Shown here: positions 20,679 to 30,647 of the stretch, in pieces
Layout: each line of letters opens with the position of its first letter
Position numbering within the stretch: the stretch's first letter is position 1
Notes under the pieces: model-generated
Database searches by the model: none
Told to the model about the DNA's origin: nothing
What the model saw: only the letters and a program-made list of their open reading frames with translations
Position numbers and translations under genes: made by a program
Assembly: GCA_016186115.1 (NCBI GenBank)
Contig: JACPMK010000002.1
Location: 136,983-200,982, forward strand
Source of the DNA: Candidatus Wildermuthbacteria bacterium
GTDB lineage: Bacteria > Patescibacteriota > Minisyncoccia > Minisyncoccales > UBA10102
Length of the DNA: 64,000 bases
Direction of reading: 5' to 3'

Positions 20679-21962
20679 TCAATCTTTCTTCTGCAGGGGC
20701 TCGATATTGAGCTTAATTTCGATTGTAAGGAGGTCTTTTGAGGCACGCCGCTCCCAAAAAGGCCAAAACGAAAGATCGCTCTGGGCAATATGAGGGTATT
20801 GTTCAAGAAGGGTGCTCATCTGAAGGGCATTAAGCCCCTGCACCTGCGATCGAATTTCTTCGGTGTCAAGCTCCCAATATCCTTGAACCGAACCATTAAC
20901 CCGAACCGTAAGTAGTTTTTGCAGCACATCAAAATTCTCCACGCTTGCAGAATATTGCATCGTATCTTTTTTCAGATACTCCCCTTTTTCAAGCTGATCA
21001 TTCAATGCTTTTTCTACCAAACTCTCCAACTCTCTTTTTGGAAAGAACATTGTCGTAACCTGGACTTTTGCGTTGGACGTAAAATGTTCGAACTCCTCCC
21101 CTTCTTTTGCAACAGAGGAAAAAGAAACAAATTCTGCCGAGAGTGCTTCGGGAACCAGCATAAATCCATCAGTAAGAGCACCTCGGAATTTCGCAAGGGC
21201 TTTTTCTTTTAGATCCAAAAGAAGAGTTTGCTTTGCGCGTTCTATATCGTCAGCCGAAACAATGCTTATACTCTCGACAGCTCCTCCTTTCATTGATTCT
21301 GCTGATTTTCCATAGATTGAAGTATACATTGCAGTGCCCACGAGACCGGGAAGAGAAAAATTGGAGGGGCCAATATTGTATGCCTCACCCGGCTCTTGCG
21401 CCTCCACAGGAACATCAACTGCCCCCGCGATCAATTTTCCTCCTTCCCGACGGGCACCCGGAATTTTTATTTTTTCAATAGCACGGAACAGTTTTCCATT
21501 CTCCGAAACAAATCTGGTTTGGGCAATAAACGTCTGCGAAGAGGTGGAGTAGCCATTATATACCCGTATGACTCCTCGTGCCTCTTGTTCTTTTTTCTTT
21601 GTTCCGGTGCTGGAAAACACCCCATCGCCTTCTATGGTTTCCGAACGCATAACACCAGAAGTAAGCATAGGAAGCGCAGTATCCTTGAGGTTCGACCCCT
21701 CTGCAATTTGAATAAGCTCATCTGAATGAAGCTCTCGCATTTGTGGCCAAAGCACAATCGATGTTCTCGCAAAAAAGAAATGCAATACAACAAATGCCAT
21801 CCCCCCCATAAGGAGTATCCCGCAGAAAATGAATACAACAAATACTCGTGATTTTTTCTCTTGTCGTTTTGGTTTCGAGTTCTCACGAGAAGAAGTGCTT
21901 TGGGAATGACGTTTGAGCCGTGGAGGTTGGATATCGCGAATCTTCCGTTTTGCTTGAGGCAT
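20679..21962 (-). CDS. hypothetical bitopic membrane protein
   Basis: 427-aa ORF. It has a basic N-terminus (RKIRDIQPPRLKR), one transmembrane helix (VFVVFIFCGILLMGGMAFVVL) and a large extracytoplasmic region. I recognise no family. Confidence 0.55.
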   Translation of the reverse strand: MPQAKRKIRDIQPPRLKRHSQSTSSRENSKPKRQEKKSRVFVVFIFCGILLMGGMAFVVLHFFFARTSIVLWPQMRELHSDELIQIAEGSNLKDTALPMLTSGVMRSETIEGDGVFSSTGTKKKEQEARGVIRVYNGYSTSSQTFIAQTRFVSENGKLFRAIEKIKIPGARREGGKLIAGAVDVPVEAQEPGEAYNIGPSNFSLPGLVGTAMYTSIYGKSAESMKGGAVESISIVSADDIERAKQTLLLDLKEKALAKFRGALTDGFMLVPEALSAEFVSFSSVAKEGEEFEHFTSNAKVQVTTMFFPKRELESLVEKALNDQLEKGEYLKKDTMQYSASVENFDVLQKLLTVRVNGSVQGYWELDTEEIRSQVQGLNALQMSTLLEQYPHIAQSDLSFWPFWERRASKDLLTIEIKLNIEPLQKKD

Positions 21963-21964
21963 AA

Positions 21965-23080
21965 TTACATCAAAAACGCTACTGGGGTATATGCTGGATC
22001 CTTTGCCTGATGAAATTGCATACGAGCCATTAGAGATGCGGGAGAAAGAAGAGAAACCTGAAGATTGCCGTCGAGCGGAAGATCGCGAAACCCATCTTCC
22101 TCTGCCACCTCTTCTATTTCACGAAGATTACTGGTACCGCCCATCACATACAAATGCGATGGAAGTACTTGATCAAGCAACAAGAGTTTTTCTTTGCACG
22201 CGGCAAGCCATGCCCGCGCCTCTCTCTCAAGTACTTCATGAGTTCTCTTTCGCATTTCTTCTGAAAATTCCATCCGGCTATAGCGTTCCTTAAAATCCTG
22301 CGCCATTGTTTTTTGCAATCCCAGGTGATGCTCAAGAGCATAGGTAAAATTATCTCCCCCAAAAGGAATTACTTTGACCGATTGTAAAAGATTGTCTTTG
22401 ATAATCGCAACTTGAGTTGCTTTCTCTCCGATATCAATATACACTCCCTCCTTATTGCTATCCGCTGCGAACAATTCCAATCCCTCTGCCCAGTGGATAA
22501 TTCTTACTTCTTTGATGCCATGTTTCTTTTGCAGATTCTCGCGTATCATACGATACCCAACCGGAAGACAAACTCCCAGCAGACGCATTGTGACCGAGTT
22601 TCCTCGTAATCCCCGCAGCGAGGCAGCGCGATACCCATCAACTGATATCTTTAAAAGCTTAAGCTTCACGATAGCGAGATCCTTAGCAGGAATCTGATAT
22701 GCTTGAGAAAAATAATACTCTATTTCCTTGCGGGAGAAACGAATAATCTGCTCTTCTAGTTCTTTTTCTTCTTTTACGCCAATGGTGAGTTTCGGATTCT
22801 TGCGCGAAACGGTATATTCAAAAACCTCGGCGCGAAAAAGCAAAGGCGGGAGAGCAAAATGCAGGGAACGAATGTAAGAAAACTCTTTCCTGACGCTCTG
22901 GATAATCCCATGCATTTCTCTTTCCCAAGAAATTTCATCGACTTGTTTTTCTGCTGCGATCAGAACATCGCGTTCCCCTTTTTGGTTCGGACGCATCACA
23001 AGATACTTGATCGAATGATCACCAATATCAAGCAAAAGAATGTTTGCGGGCTTGGCTTTAAAAAATGAAAAAAAACTCAT
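21965..23080 (-). CDS. FtsA/PilM-like actin-fold ATPase
   Basis: 371-aa ORF with LLLDIGDHSIKYLV, VYIDIGEKATQVAII, FGGDNFTYAL and YVMGGTSNL, which resemble phosphate/adenosine motifs. Confidence 0.6.
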   Translation of the reverse strand: MSFFSFFKAKPANILLLDIGDHSIKYLVMRPNQKGERDVLIAAEKQVDEISWEREMHGIIQSVRKEFSYIRSLHFALPPLLFRAEVFEYTVSRKNPKLTIGVKEEKELEEQIIRFSRKEIEYYFSQAYQIPAKDLAIVKLKLLKISVDGYRAASLRGLRGNSVTMRLLGVCLPVGYRMIRENLQKKHGIKEVRIIHWAEGLELFAADSNKEGVYIDIGEKATQVAIIKDNLLQSVKVIPFGGDNFTYALEHHLGLQKTMAQDFKERYSRMEFSEEMRKRTHEVLEREARAWLAACKEKLLLLDQVLPSHLYVMGGTSNLREIEEVAEEDGFRDLPLDGNLQVSLLSPASLMARMQFHQAKDPAYTPVAFLM

Positions 23081-23086
23081 GTGATG

Positions 23087-24826
23087 TTATTCAATAATTG
23101 CCCGGATTCTCCGGATGCCTCGCGCTATCGCCTCTTCCTTAACAATTTTCAGTTTGCCAACTTCAGAAGTTCGCTGTACATGCGGCCCTCCGCAAAGCTC
23201 CTGCGAAAATACTCTCCCTGTCTCGGAATCGAATGCGGTATATACCTTTACTATAGACGGATATTTCTCTTTCGCAAAATGGAGAGCATTTGTTTTCAGC
23301 GCTTCTTCATAGGGCATCTCTTTGTATTCTACTTTCAGATCATCCTGAATTGCCCTGTTCGCGACCTGCTCTACCGCTGCGATTTCTTCCGAAGTAAGCT
23401 TGCGGTCAAAAGTAAAATCAAATCGCGTGCGCTCTGCGGTGATATCAGAACCCGCCTGACGAACCGACTCTCCGAGCACCTTGCGCAATGCTGCCTGCAA
23501 AAGGTGTGTTGCGGTATGCAACCTGGTGACGATTTGAATTTCTCTTTCGTCAGCAGCTTTGAGTTCTCCCGTATCCAACAATAAACCATGCCCTCCAAAT
23601 TTTTTCTCTTGCCCGGCCCGCGAAATTTCCTGATGTTTTGTAAATTCTTTATCGAAGTCGTCTCGCGCTAAACTCTTGGCCTTTTCTCCTCCCAAATCTT
23701 TAATCACTTCATAGGGCAGGCCGTAGCTTTCATATAACCTAAAAGCTGATGCCGCATCTATACTCTGTAATTTTTCGAGCTCATGTTGGCCAGCAACTAA
23801 AGTTTTTTCAAATTGAGAAAGTTCATCTTTGAAAATAAGAAAAGTTTTCTCGCTATTCAATTCATGATATACAGAGCCATACCGATCAATTACTTTGCCC
23901 AATATGGTGAAATATTCTTGCGAATAATTTCTTGCCCGGATAATAAAACGGCGCATGAGGCGGCGCAAAATATATCCTGCATCTTTATTGGAGGGCAAGA
24001 CCCCATCGCAAATTAAAAAAACAATAGCCCGCGCATGGTCAACGATAATTCTTTTTTCGCGATTGCCAAGATGAGTTGGCAGCAAAGCGATAAGAGGGTC
24101 GAATAAATCCGTTTGAAAAATATTTTCTTTTTCTTGCGATACCGTTGCCAATCGTTCCAAGCCCATGCCTGTATCCACGCCCGGCGTTTTCAATGGCTCA
24201 AGGGTTTTATCTGGATGGCAATAATACTGATTGAACACAATATTCCATATCTCAATGCCACCAGCATAAATTTCTGTTGTGGGGCCGCACGGCCCCTCGT
24301 TACCCGTCGGACCCCAAAAATTATCTTCTCGTCCCATCAACTTGAGATTCTGCTTTTCCATTGAAAACCCGTATGAATTCCAAATAGCAATAGATTCTTC
24401 GTCACGCGGGACTTCTGCGTCTCCCCCAAATACTGTGACATACTCAATGGGTACGTTGATTTCTCTAAGAAAATCATAAGCATATTGAATTGCCTTTTCC
24501 TTGAAATATCCTCCAAAAGAGAAATTGCCAAGCATTTCAAAAAAGGTAAGATGCCGTTCATCCCCTACTTCGTCGATATCTGAAGTGCGGAAACTTTTTT
24601 GAATCGATGCTGCGTTCCTGCTCCCCAACGGCCTTCCGCCAAGAGTTGGATGCGGAGAATGAAACGGGTCAGCCGCTCCCGTGTAGTAAGGTTTAAACTG
24701 TTGCATTCCGGCCGTGGTAAGCAATACCGATGGATCATCCGGAATCAAAGAAGACGAGGGCACAATCGTATGCTCTCGTTTTTTGAAAAACTCCAAAAAT
24801 CGTTCGCGCAATTCCCGTGACTCCAT
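23087..24826 (-). CDS. alaS: alanine--tRNA ligase lacking the C-Ala domain
   Basis: I placed the start at ATG 24826 (MESRELRERFLEFFKKREH). The catalytic core is followed by editing-domain motifs (HTATHLL, CGGPHV). The protein ends right after the editing domain at 579 aa. Confidence 0.85.
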   Translation of the reverse strand: MESRELRERFLEFFKKREHTIVPSSSLIPDDPSVLLTTAGMQQFKPYYTGAADPFHSPHPTLGGRPLGSRNAASIQKSFRTSDIDEVGDERHLTFFEMLGNFSFGGYFKEKAIQYAYDFLREINVPIEYVTVFGGDAEVPRDEESIAIWNSYGFSMEKQNLKLMGREDNFWGPTGNEGPCGPTTEIYAGGIEIWNIVFNQYYCHPDKTLEPLKTPGVDTGMGLERLATVSQEKENIFQTDLFDPLIALLPTHLGNREKRIIVDHARAIVFLICDGVLPSNKDAGYILRRLMRRFIIRARNYSQEYFTILGKVIDRYGSVYHELNSEKTFLIFKDELSQFEKTLVAGQHELEKLQSIDAASAFRLYESYGLPYEVIKDLGGEKAKSLARDDFDKEFTKHQEISRAGQEKKFGGHGLLLDTGELKAADEREIQIVTRLHTATHLLQAALRKVLGESVRQAGSDITAERTRFDFTFDRKLTSEEIAAVEQVANRAIQDDLKVEYKEMPYEEALKTNALHFAKEKYPSIVKVYTAFDSETGRVFSQELCGGPHVQRTSEVGKLKIVKEEAIARGIRRIRAIIE

Positions 24827-24858
24827 AGTGCTTTCTATTATATCTAATCTTTTCTTAA

Positions 24859-24906
24859 AAGAAAACAAAAGAGCTTAAAATCCACGATCGTAGCTTTTAA
24901 GCTCTT
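24859..24906 (-). terminator. rho-independent terminator after mnmA
   Basis: On the minus strand, the stem AAGAGCTTAAAA/TTTTAAGCTCTT (12 bp) has an ACGATCGT-containing loop and is followed by TTGTTTTCTTTT. Confidence 0.7.
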
Positions 24907-24990
24907 GTCGCCTCCCTCATCTGAAAACCTCCTCCTTTAGATAAATTCTAGCAATAACTCTACAAAACTTATCTGCTATGTCAAATTAAG

Positions 24991-26118
24991 TTAAACAGTG
25001 GCAAGAATCGAAGGCACAGAAGCAATAGCGGGCTCGGCAGATTTTTCTTGGATGATGCCGGCGGCGACAAGAGCACCGTCTTGATAGAACGCGGCAATTT
25101 GGCCAGGGGTTACCGCTCTCTGGGCGACGTCAAAAATTATTTTCCACGTTGCACCATCAACTTTTTCCAGAGTTGCTTTTGTCAATGGCTGGCGATAACG
25201 GACGCGCGCCTCCCCTTCGATTGCATGTGCATTTAGAGCAACCAGCCAATTCATATTGTTTATAAAAATTTCTTTTGTATCCAAATCCCGCTCATCTTTT
25301 GTGACAATAAGAGTATTGGTAACAATATCTTTGCCCAATACATAGTAAGGCCCTCCTGATAAACCGATGCCCTCGCGCTGGCCAATTGTGTAATACATTA
25401 TTCCGTCGTGTTCGCCGAGTATTTTTCCAGAACTATCAATAATATTGCCTTTTCGCGGCTTGATATATTGTTTCAAAAACTCGCTGAAGTCGATTTTGCC
25501 AACAAAACAAAGCCCTTGGCTTGATTTTCTCTGGGCATTTGGCAAACCAAATTTTCTGGCAAATTCACGGACTTCACGCTTGGTGTAGTCACCAATCGGA
25601 AATCGAACCCGCGACAATACCTCTCGCTTCATAAGAGAAAGAAAATATGTCTGATCCTTTTCTATATCTTCTGCAGCCAAGAGTTGTGCTTCATGCTTCA
25701 TGTTGCGCGTTTCATGGAGTAATCGGGCGTAATGGCCGGTTGCGACAAAATCAGCCCCCAGCTTCATTGCTTTCTCAAAAAATAACCCAAATTTGATTTC
25801 GCGGTTGCACACCGCATCTGGATTTGGAGTAATCCCCTTTTGGTATCCGTCGATCATATAGCCCATGACCCGCTGTCGATATTCATTGATCATATTCCAA
25901 GAGTAAAACGGAATTCCCAAATGATTCGCAGCCAAACGCGCGGATCTTTCATCGTCCACCGTGGTACATGCTTTTCCTTCTGCCCAACACTTCATATACA
26001 CCCCAACAACGTTAAATCCATCCCTCTTCAAAAGGGCTGCCGCAACCGAAGAATCCACTCCTCCGGACATGGCAACAAATACCTTTTGTCTTTTTTTATT
26101 TGTATTTTCTGTATTCAT
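24991..26118 (-). CDS. mnmA: tRNA 2-thiouridine(34) synthase
   Basis: I placed the start at ATG 26118 (MNTENTNKKRQKVFVAMSGGVDSSV, PP-loop). The longer ORF to 26268 overlaps the upstream gene. Confidence 0.9.
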   Translation of the reverse strand: MNTENTNKKRQKVFVAMSGGVDSSVAAALLKRDGFNVVGVYMKCWAEGKACTTVDDERSARLAANHLGIPFYSWNMINEYRQRVMGYMIDGYQKGITPNPDAVCNREIKFGLFFEKAMKLGADFVATGHYARLLHETRNMKHEAQLLAAEDIEKDQTYFLSLMKREVLSRVRFPIGDYTKREVREFARKFGLPNAQRKSSQGLCFVGKIDFSEFLKQYIKPRKGNIIDSSGKILGEHDGIMYYTIGQREGIGLSGGPYYVLGKDIVTNTLIVTKDERDLDTKEIFINNMNWLVALNAHAIEGEARVRYRQPLTKATLEKVDGATWKIIFDVAQRAVTPGQIAAFYQDGALVAAGIIQEKSAEPAIASVPSILATV

Positions 26119-26144
26119 AACATTCCAAATATACCACAAATTAC

Positions 26145-26180
26145 TCTCAAAATAAAGGCCGCATGCGAGCAAGCGGCCTT
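26145..26180 (-). terminator. rho-independent terminator after the YkuK-like gene
   Basis: On the minus strand, the stem AAGGCCGC/GCGGCCTT has a 10-nt loop and is followed by TATTTTGAG. Confidence 0.6.
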
Positions 26181-26206
26181 GAATGGGAATAGTTGCTTGG
26201 TAAATC

Positions 26207-26719
26207 TTAGGAATACCGGTCGGCGACGGAGGAAGCAACAAAGGACTCGGGCTTGATTTTCGCCTCAAAACCGTTTCCCCGAATAAGCCCCACCACCTCG
26301 CGGATCATATCTTTTGTAGCTCCGTTCTCCCCCACGTCAGCATGAATATATTTTAATTCGTAGGGCAAGGGTTGTTCTTCCTGTGCCATGCGTGTGGCAA
26401 AATTTTCCCGCAGCCACAATGCCAGCTCGCAGGAAAGAAGAACCTCTTCTAAAATTCTTTCGTGCCGATTATAGAATTTTCGGGGAGCTGGATAATGCAC
26501 TCTCCGCAAAAAAAATCTGCCTCCCTCGCCTTTGCGCAGAATAACAATCGCGACCGGAAAGGTGGGGTCTTCGGTTGCCGACGAATCGCACCCAACAATA
26601 ATTTCATAGGTACGTTCTGGCCTTGCCTTCATGTAGCGAATCATCTCTTCGAGCACTTCGGCCAAGGATAATGCGCCCGCAGTAATATTGTAGAATTTTC
26701 CCTGAATCAAGGGTTCCAT
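26207..26719 (-). CDS. RNase H-like YkuK/DUF458-family protein
   Basis: 170-aa ORF. The pattern IIVGCDS...FPVAIVILRKGEGGRF...IHADVG recalls DUF458. This assignment is from memory only. Confidence 0.45.
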   Translation of the reverse strand: MEPLIQGKFYNITAGALSLAEVLEEMIRYMKARPERTYEIIVGCDSSATEDPTFPVAIVILRKGEGGRFFLRRVHYPAPRKFYNRHERILEEVLLSCELALWLRENFATRMAQEEQPLPYELKYIHADVGENGATKDMIREVVGLIRGNGFEAKIKPESFVASSVADRYS

Positions 26720-26730
26720 ACCTCCTTACT

Positions 26731-27504
26731 CTATCCCAAAATCGATTCTTTGACAAGGCTCACAAACTCTTGCGCATTAAGCGATGCTGCTCCAACTAAC
26801 GCCCCATCCGCGCCTCCCTTTTCGATAAATTCCCGAATATTTTCTTTACGCACGCTGCCTCCGTAGAGAATATGAATACCTTTGGCCGATGCTTCGCCCC
26901 ATTTTCGAGCAAGAACTTCTTTCATAAAACTAATTGCCGCCTCACAGTCCTGGGGAGTTGCCGCTTGAACTCCTTTGACAGAGCTGATAGCCCATTCGGG
27001 CTCATACACAAGCACGATCTTTGAAGATTGCGTTCGCGAAATATCCGCAAGAAGAATTTGCATCTGCAGCTCAAGTTCTCTTTTCGCATTGGGCGAACCC
27101 TGCGCTTTCTCTCCAATACATACCACTGGAATAAGCCCAACATCCAATGACGCTTTGACTTTTTGGCGGATTACTTCGTATGTTTCGGATAAATAATTCT
27201 TACGTTCTGAATGCCCAATAATAACATGGGAACACCCCAGATTCTTGAGCATTGCCGGAGAAATTTCCCCGGTGAATGCTCCCTGCTTTTGCCAAAAACA
27301 ATTCTGTGCGCCAAGGAGAAAATTAAATTTTTCGGCGTGAAATATGGGTATATACACAAAAGGCGGACAAAGCACTACCTGAACATCAGAAATATTTTTG
27401 ATTCCTTGATCTACTTTCTTTGCAAGAGCAAGCGCTTCTTTGGCGCTTGGCGGATTCATTTTCCAGTTCGCGATAAGGAGCGGTTTTTTATTTTGAGTTT
27501 TCAT
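26731..27504 (-). CDS. tpiA: triose-phosphate isomerase
   Basis: 257-aa ORF with IANWKMN, IGHSERK and YEPEWAI motifs. Confidence 0.95.
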   Translation of the reverse strand: MKTQNKKPLLIANWKMNPPSAKEALALAKKVDQGIKNISDVQVVLCPPFVYIPIFHAEKFNFLLGAQNCFWQKQGAFTGEISPAMLKNLGCSHVIIGHSERKNYLSETYEVIRQKVKASLDVGLIPVVCIGEKAQGSPNAKRELELQMQILLADISRTQSSKIVLVYEPEWAISSVKGVQAATPQDCEAAISFMKEVLARKWGEASAKGIHILYGGSVRKENIREFIEKGGADGALVGAASLNAQEFVSLVKESILG

Positions 27505-28105
27505 TGTGAATTATTTTTACGTGCCTCCATATCCACCATACTCCAAGAAGCAAAAGAATGCCAATAATAAGCCAATCAAATCTGCGAAAATATATCTCTA
27601 CATTTGTCCAATTCTCCCCTGCTTTCAGGCCCAAAAAAGCAAGTAAAGCACTCCAAAAGAAAGAGCCGAGAGAGGTATAAATCAAAAATTTTCCGAGATT
27701 CATTTTTGCCATGCCTGCTGGAAACGAAATAAAAGTCCTGACAACTGGCAACAAGCGCGCGACGAAAACGGTTACAGCGCCGTATTTCCGGAACAGTCGT
27801 TCTGACAATTCAAGATCATGTCTCGTGATAAAAAGATACCTGCCATATTTTTCAAAAAAACGTCTTCCACCCCAGAAACCAAGGTAGTAAGAAAAAAGAG
27901 ATCCCAACACATTTCCCAACGCGCCAAAAAATACTACGATCCAAAAAACAAATGTACCCTTCCATGCCAAAAATCCTGAAAATGGCATGATGATTTCAGA
28001 GGGAACGGGGATATTTGCGCTTTCAAGTGCCATCAAAACTGCCACCCCAGCGTAGCCGGATACTTCTATTGTATGAATAATGAAACTGACGATCTGCTCC
28101 AACAC
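27488..28105 (-). CDS. DedA family membrane protein
   Basis: 205-aa polytopic ORF with the DedA/SNARE-associated pattern (PSEIIMPFSGFLA...FVARLLPVVRTFISFPAG). Confidence 0.8.
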   Translation of the reverse strand: MLEQIVSFIIHTIEVSGYAGVAVLMALESANIPVPSEIIMPFSGFLAWKGTFVFWIVVFFGALGNVLGSLFSYYLGFWGGRRFFEKYGRYLFITRHDLELSERLFRKYGAVTVFVARLLPVVRTFISFPAGMAKMNLGKFLIYTSLGSFFWSALLAFLGLKAGENWTNVEIYFRRFDWLIIGILLLLGVWWIWRHVKIIHNENSK

Positions 28106-28117
28106 TGTTTCGAGTGA

Positions 28118-29170
28118 TTATTGCAATCTCAAAAATTCGGCAGCTTTTTCTGGCTCTATGGTAGAAATTTCAATCCCCGTCCCAAGCTCAAATCCGGCCC
28201 ATGTTGCGGTCTTGGGCAATATCTCGAAATGCCAATGGTAGTGGTCGTACGTCCAAACATTCGTGGGTGCGGTATGAATAAAATAATTGTAGTCAGGATC
28301 TTTCAATCCCTTGGCAAGCTTTTGCATAGTTATCAGCAAAATATCTGCCAAGCATTCTTTTTGATGTTCATCGCTTTTTTCAAAATATGCCAAATGCTGA
28401 ACAGGATAGATACGAATTTCGAAGGCAACCCTTGAAGCAAAGGGGCAGAGAGAAACAAAACAGTCATTCTCGTAGATGATACGGGACTTTTCTTTCCGAT
28501 CCCACTCGAGCATAACACAATGAACACACTGTTTCTTCTTTTCAAAAAATTCATACGAATTATCCAAGCTCCGCTGAATATCGGGATCCGTAATTGCAGT
28601 TGCAATAATTTGAGAATGAGGATGAGCAATGGTGGCTCCGGCTCCTGCTCCTTTATTTTTAAAGATCGAAATATAGTGAACAAATTTTCCCTCCATCAAT
28701 TCAAGATAACATTCCTGATACATATCGACCAGCTCTTTTGTCTCTTGCTGGGAAAATTGAGGAATATCTCTTGTATGATCCTTCGTAATAATGACTTCAT
28801 GAAACCCCACACCATCCATGACCTGATACGGCCCAACTTTTCTTTCGCGAAGAGAATTACTTAGGGTAAATGCGGGATATTTGTTGGGAATCGCAACTGT
28901 AGTCCATTCCAAGGTGCTTTGATCCTCAGGAATTTTCTCCACTTTTTTCGATTTATAAAATGCTTTATTGGCCCGCTCTTGGCCAATAAGTGTTTCGAAA
29001 GGACAATTCGTAATAGAATCCTCAAGTTCGGGCCGGGTCTCTTTCCTAAAATGCTCTGGCCTTTTTGCCCGCCCAGTTGCAATAACGACCCAATCCCTCG
29101 AAACAGGGTCCAAACGAAGCTCTGAAGGAACCGGTGCGTTTGATATGGATTTCTTTCGAAAAATATTCAT
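28118..29170 (-). CDS. galT: galactose-1-phosphate uridylyltransferase family (HIT branch) protein
   Basis: 350-aa ORF with LRLDPVSRDWVVIA, NKYPAF and the active-site HPHSQI motif. Confidence 0.75.
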   Translation of the reverse strand: MNIFRKKSISNAPVPSELRLDPVSRDWVVIATGRAKRPEHFRKETRPELEDSITNCPFETLIGQERANKAFYKSKKVEKIPEDQSTLEWTTVAIPNKYPAFTLSNSLRERKVGPYQVMDGVGFHEVIITKDHTRDIPQFSQQETKELVDMYQECYLELMEGKFVHYISIFKNKGAGAGATIAHPHSQIIATAITDPDIQRSLDNSYEFFEKKKQCVHCVMLEWDRKEKSRIIYENDCFVSLCPFASRVAFEIRIYPVQHLAYFEKSDEHQKECLADILLITMQKLAKGLKDPDYNYFIHTAPTNVWTYDHYHWHFEILPKTATWAGFELGTGIEISTIEPEKAAEFLRLQ

Positions 29171-29928
29171 TCTGCTTTCAAGCGATTTTTACTATACATT
29201 CCCTTGAGTGAATTGATTCTAATCTGAAAAACCTCAAACAGCATTCGGATCATTCCCTTGAGCTTCACTTTGCTATTGGGATCATTCACCCACGTAACAG
29301 GAAACTGACCAATGCGATAGTTCAATTTTTTTGCAATCACAAGCAGTTCTACGTCAAATGCCCAACGATCAATAGTCGCCAGAGAAAAAATATCAAGCGC
29401 TGATTTTTTTGTAAATCCCTTAAAACCGCACTGGGTGTCCCATATTCCCCACATGCCGGAAAATATCTGAACAATAATATTGAAAATATCTCCGAGCCGT
29501 CTGCGCACCCATGACTGGGAAACCGCAATAAACGCACCCTCCATATCCCGCGAGCCGATTACAACGTCGTATCCCTTGGAAAATTCGGGCCACATTCTTT
29601 CAACATGATCCACTGTGGTTGCGTTATCCGCGTCCATAAAAACCCTAAACTCCCCCTGTGCCTCGAGCATCCCCTGTCTCACCACGTACCCCTTTCCCTT
29701 ATTGTCTTTATTGTTAATCACGCGAAGATTTTTAATGGTCTGCGCCATTTCACTTGCAACTGCAGCGGTTCCATCTCTGGAGCCATCGCTTACGACCAGA
29801 ATTTCATAGGCATAATCCTGCTTTTGCAAATACGCATCAACGGCTTTCAATGTCTGCGGAAGCCGTTGTTCTTCGTTATATGCCGGAATAATTACCGATA
29901 CATGCACTGCCATAATAGTTTCAACCAT
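29167..29928 (-). CDS. family 2 glycosyltransferase (polyprenyl-phosphate glycosyltransferase-like)
   Basis: 253-aa ORF with VSVIIPAYNEE, VVSDGSRDGT and FMDADN (DxD) motifs. Confidence 0.8.
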   Translation of the reverse strand: MVETIMAVHVSVIIPAYNEEQRLPQTLKAVDAYLQKQDYAYEILVVSDGSRDGTAAVASEMAQTIKNLRVINNKDNKGKGYVVRQGMLEAQGEFRVFMDADNATTVDHVERMWPEFSKGYDVVIGSRDMEGAFIAVSQSWVRRRLGDIFNIIVQIFSGMWGIWDTQCGFKGFTKKSALDIFSLATIDRWAFDVELLVIAKKLNYRIGQFPVTWVNDPNSKVKLKGMIRMLFEVFQIRINSLKGMYSKNRLKAE

Positions 29929-30004
29929 TATACCAACACTACGGTAAAATGAAAAGAGATCATACTTACGCTCTAATGTGATAGCGTCTTGGTATAAATC
30001 TATT

Positions 30005-30040
30005 ATCTTCTCATTTCGGCGGTCGCAGTTATAAGAAGAT
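30005..30040. repeat. 36-bp imperfect palindrome, copy C (degenerate)
   Basis: ATCTTCTCATTTCGGCGGTCGCAGTTATAAGAAGAT. By hand alignment it matches the reverse complement of copy A at about 28 of 36 positions. Confidence 0.6.
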
Positions 30041-30048
30041 AGATACGG

Positions 30049-30618
30049 CTAAAGCAAGTTGAAATAAGCTCTTAGCTTTACATCATCTTTAATCACCTTT
30101 GCCTTAATGACGTTGACGAAGGGATAAATTTGAAATAACTCTACGATAAATTCTATTTCTTTTTCGCAGGGCCAAGGACATACCCACACGCTTTTTTGTA
30201 ATTGATAAAAATTCCAACGCTTCATTCTTTCACGGAGAGCTTCTCTTGCAATTTTCTTTTTATCTGGAATATCAAAAATAACTACCCTCCAAATTCCATC
30301 CCATCGACTGGGCTTGGCAACAAAAAGCGTCTGAAGTTGAATTTCCCTGACCTTCCGTTTCCCCTTCTCACTAAGCTCTACAGTAAATTTTCCATCATCC
30401 TGTTCCTTCAAAATAATCAGACGCGATTTCTTGAGACGATAAAATGCACTTGCTAATTTCTTGCGGCCCTCCTTTTTTCTGTAAAAATTCTCCCCCTTCA
30501 CAAAATGCCTAAGAACACTTGCGGAGAAATTGGGCACCATGAAAGCAACAGTAAGAACTCCTGCTGCAGCAAGCGAAAGAAGAACTGTACGAGTTATGCC
30601 GCTAGGTATTTTGGGCAT
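30049..30618 (-). CDS. PaaX-family / Cas2-fold regulator-like protein with N-terminal hydrophobic segment
   Basis: 189-aa ORF. A winged-helix-like middle region (FYRLKKSRLIILKEQDDGKFTVELSEKGK) is followed by WDGIWRVVIFDIPDKKKIAREALRERMKRWNFYQLQKSVWVCP, which resembles the PaaX C-terminal / Cas2-like ferredoxin-fold pattern. Confidence 0.5.
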   Translation of the reverse strand: MPKIPSGITRTVLLSLAAAGVLTVAFMVPNFSASVLRHFVKGENFYRKKEGRKKLASAFYRLKKSRLIILKEQDDGKFTVELSEKGKRKVREIQLQTLFVAKPSRWDGIWRVVIFDIPDKKKIAREALRERMKRWNFYQLQKSVWVCPWPCEKEIEFIVELFQIYPFVNVIKAKVIKDDVKLRAYFNLL

Positions 30619-30647
30619 TTCACTCTAAATCTTAGTTTATCCATCCT

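Noticed and set aside
30049-30618. Cas2-like fold as evidence of a CRISPR-Cas locus
   Set aside because: No CRISPR repeat array and no other cas genes occur anywhere in the window. The motif fits the PaaX C-terminal domain equally well.
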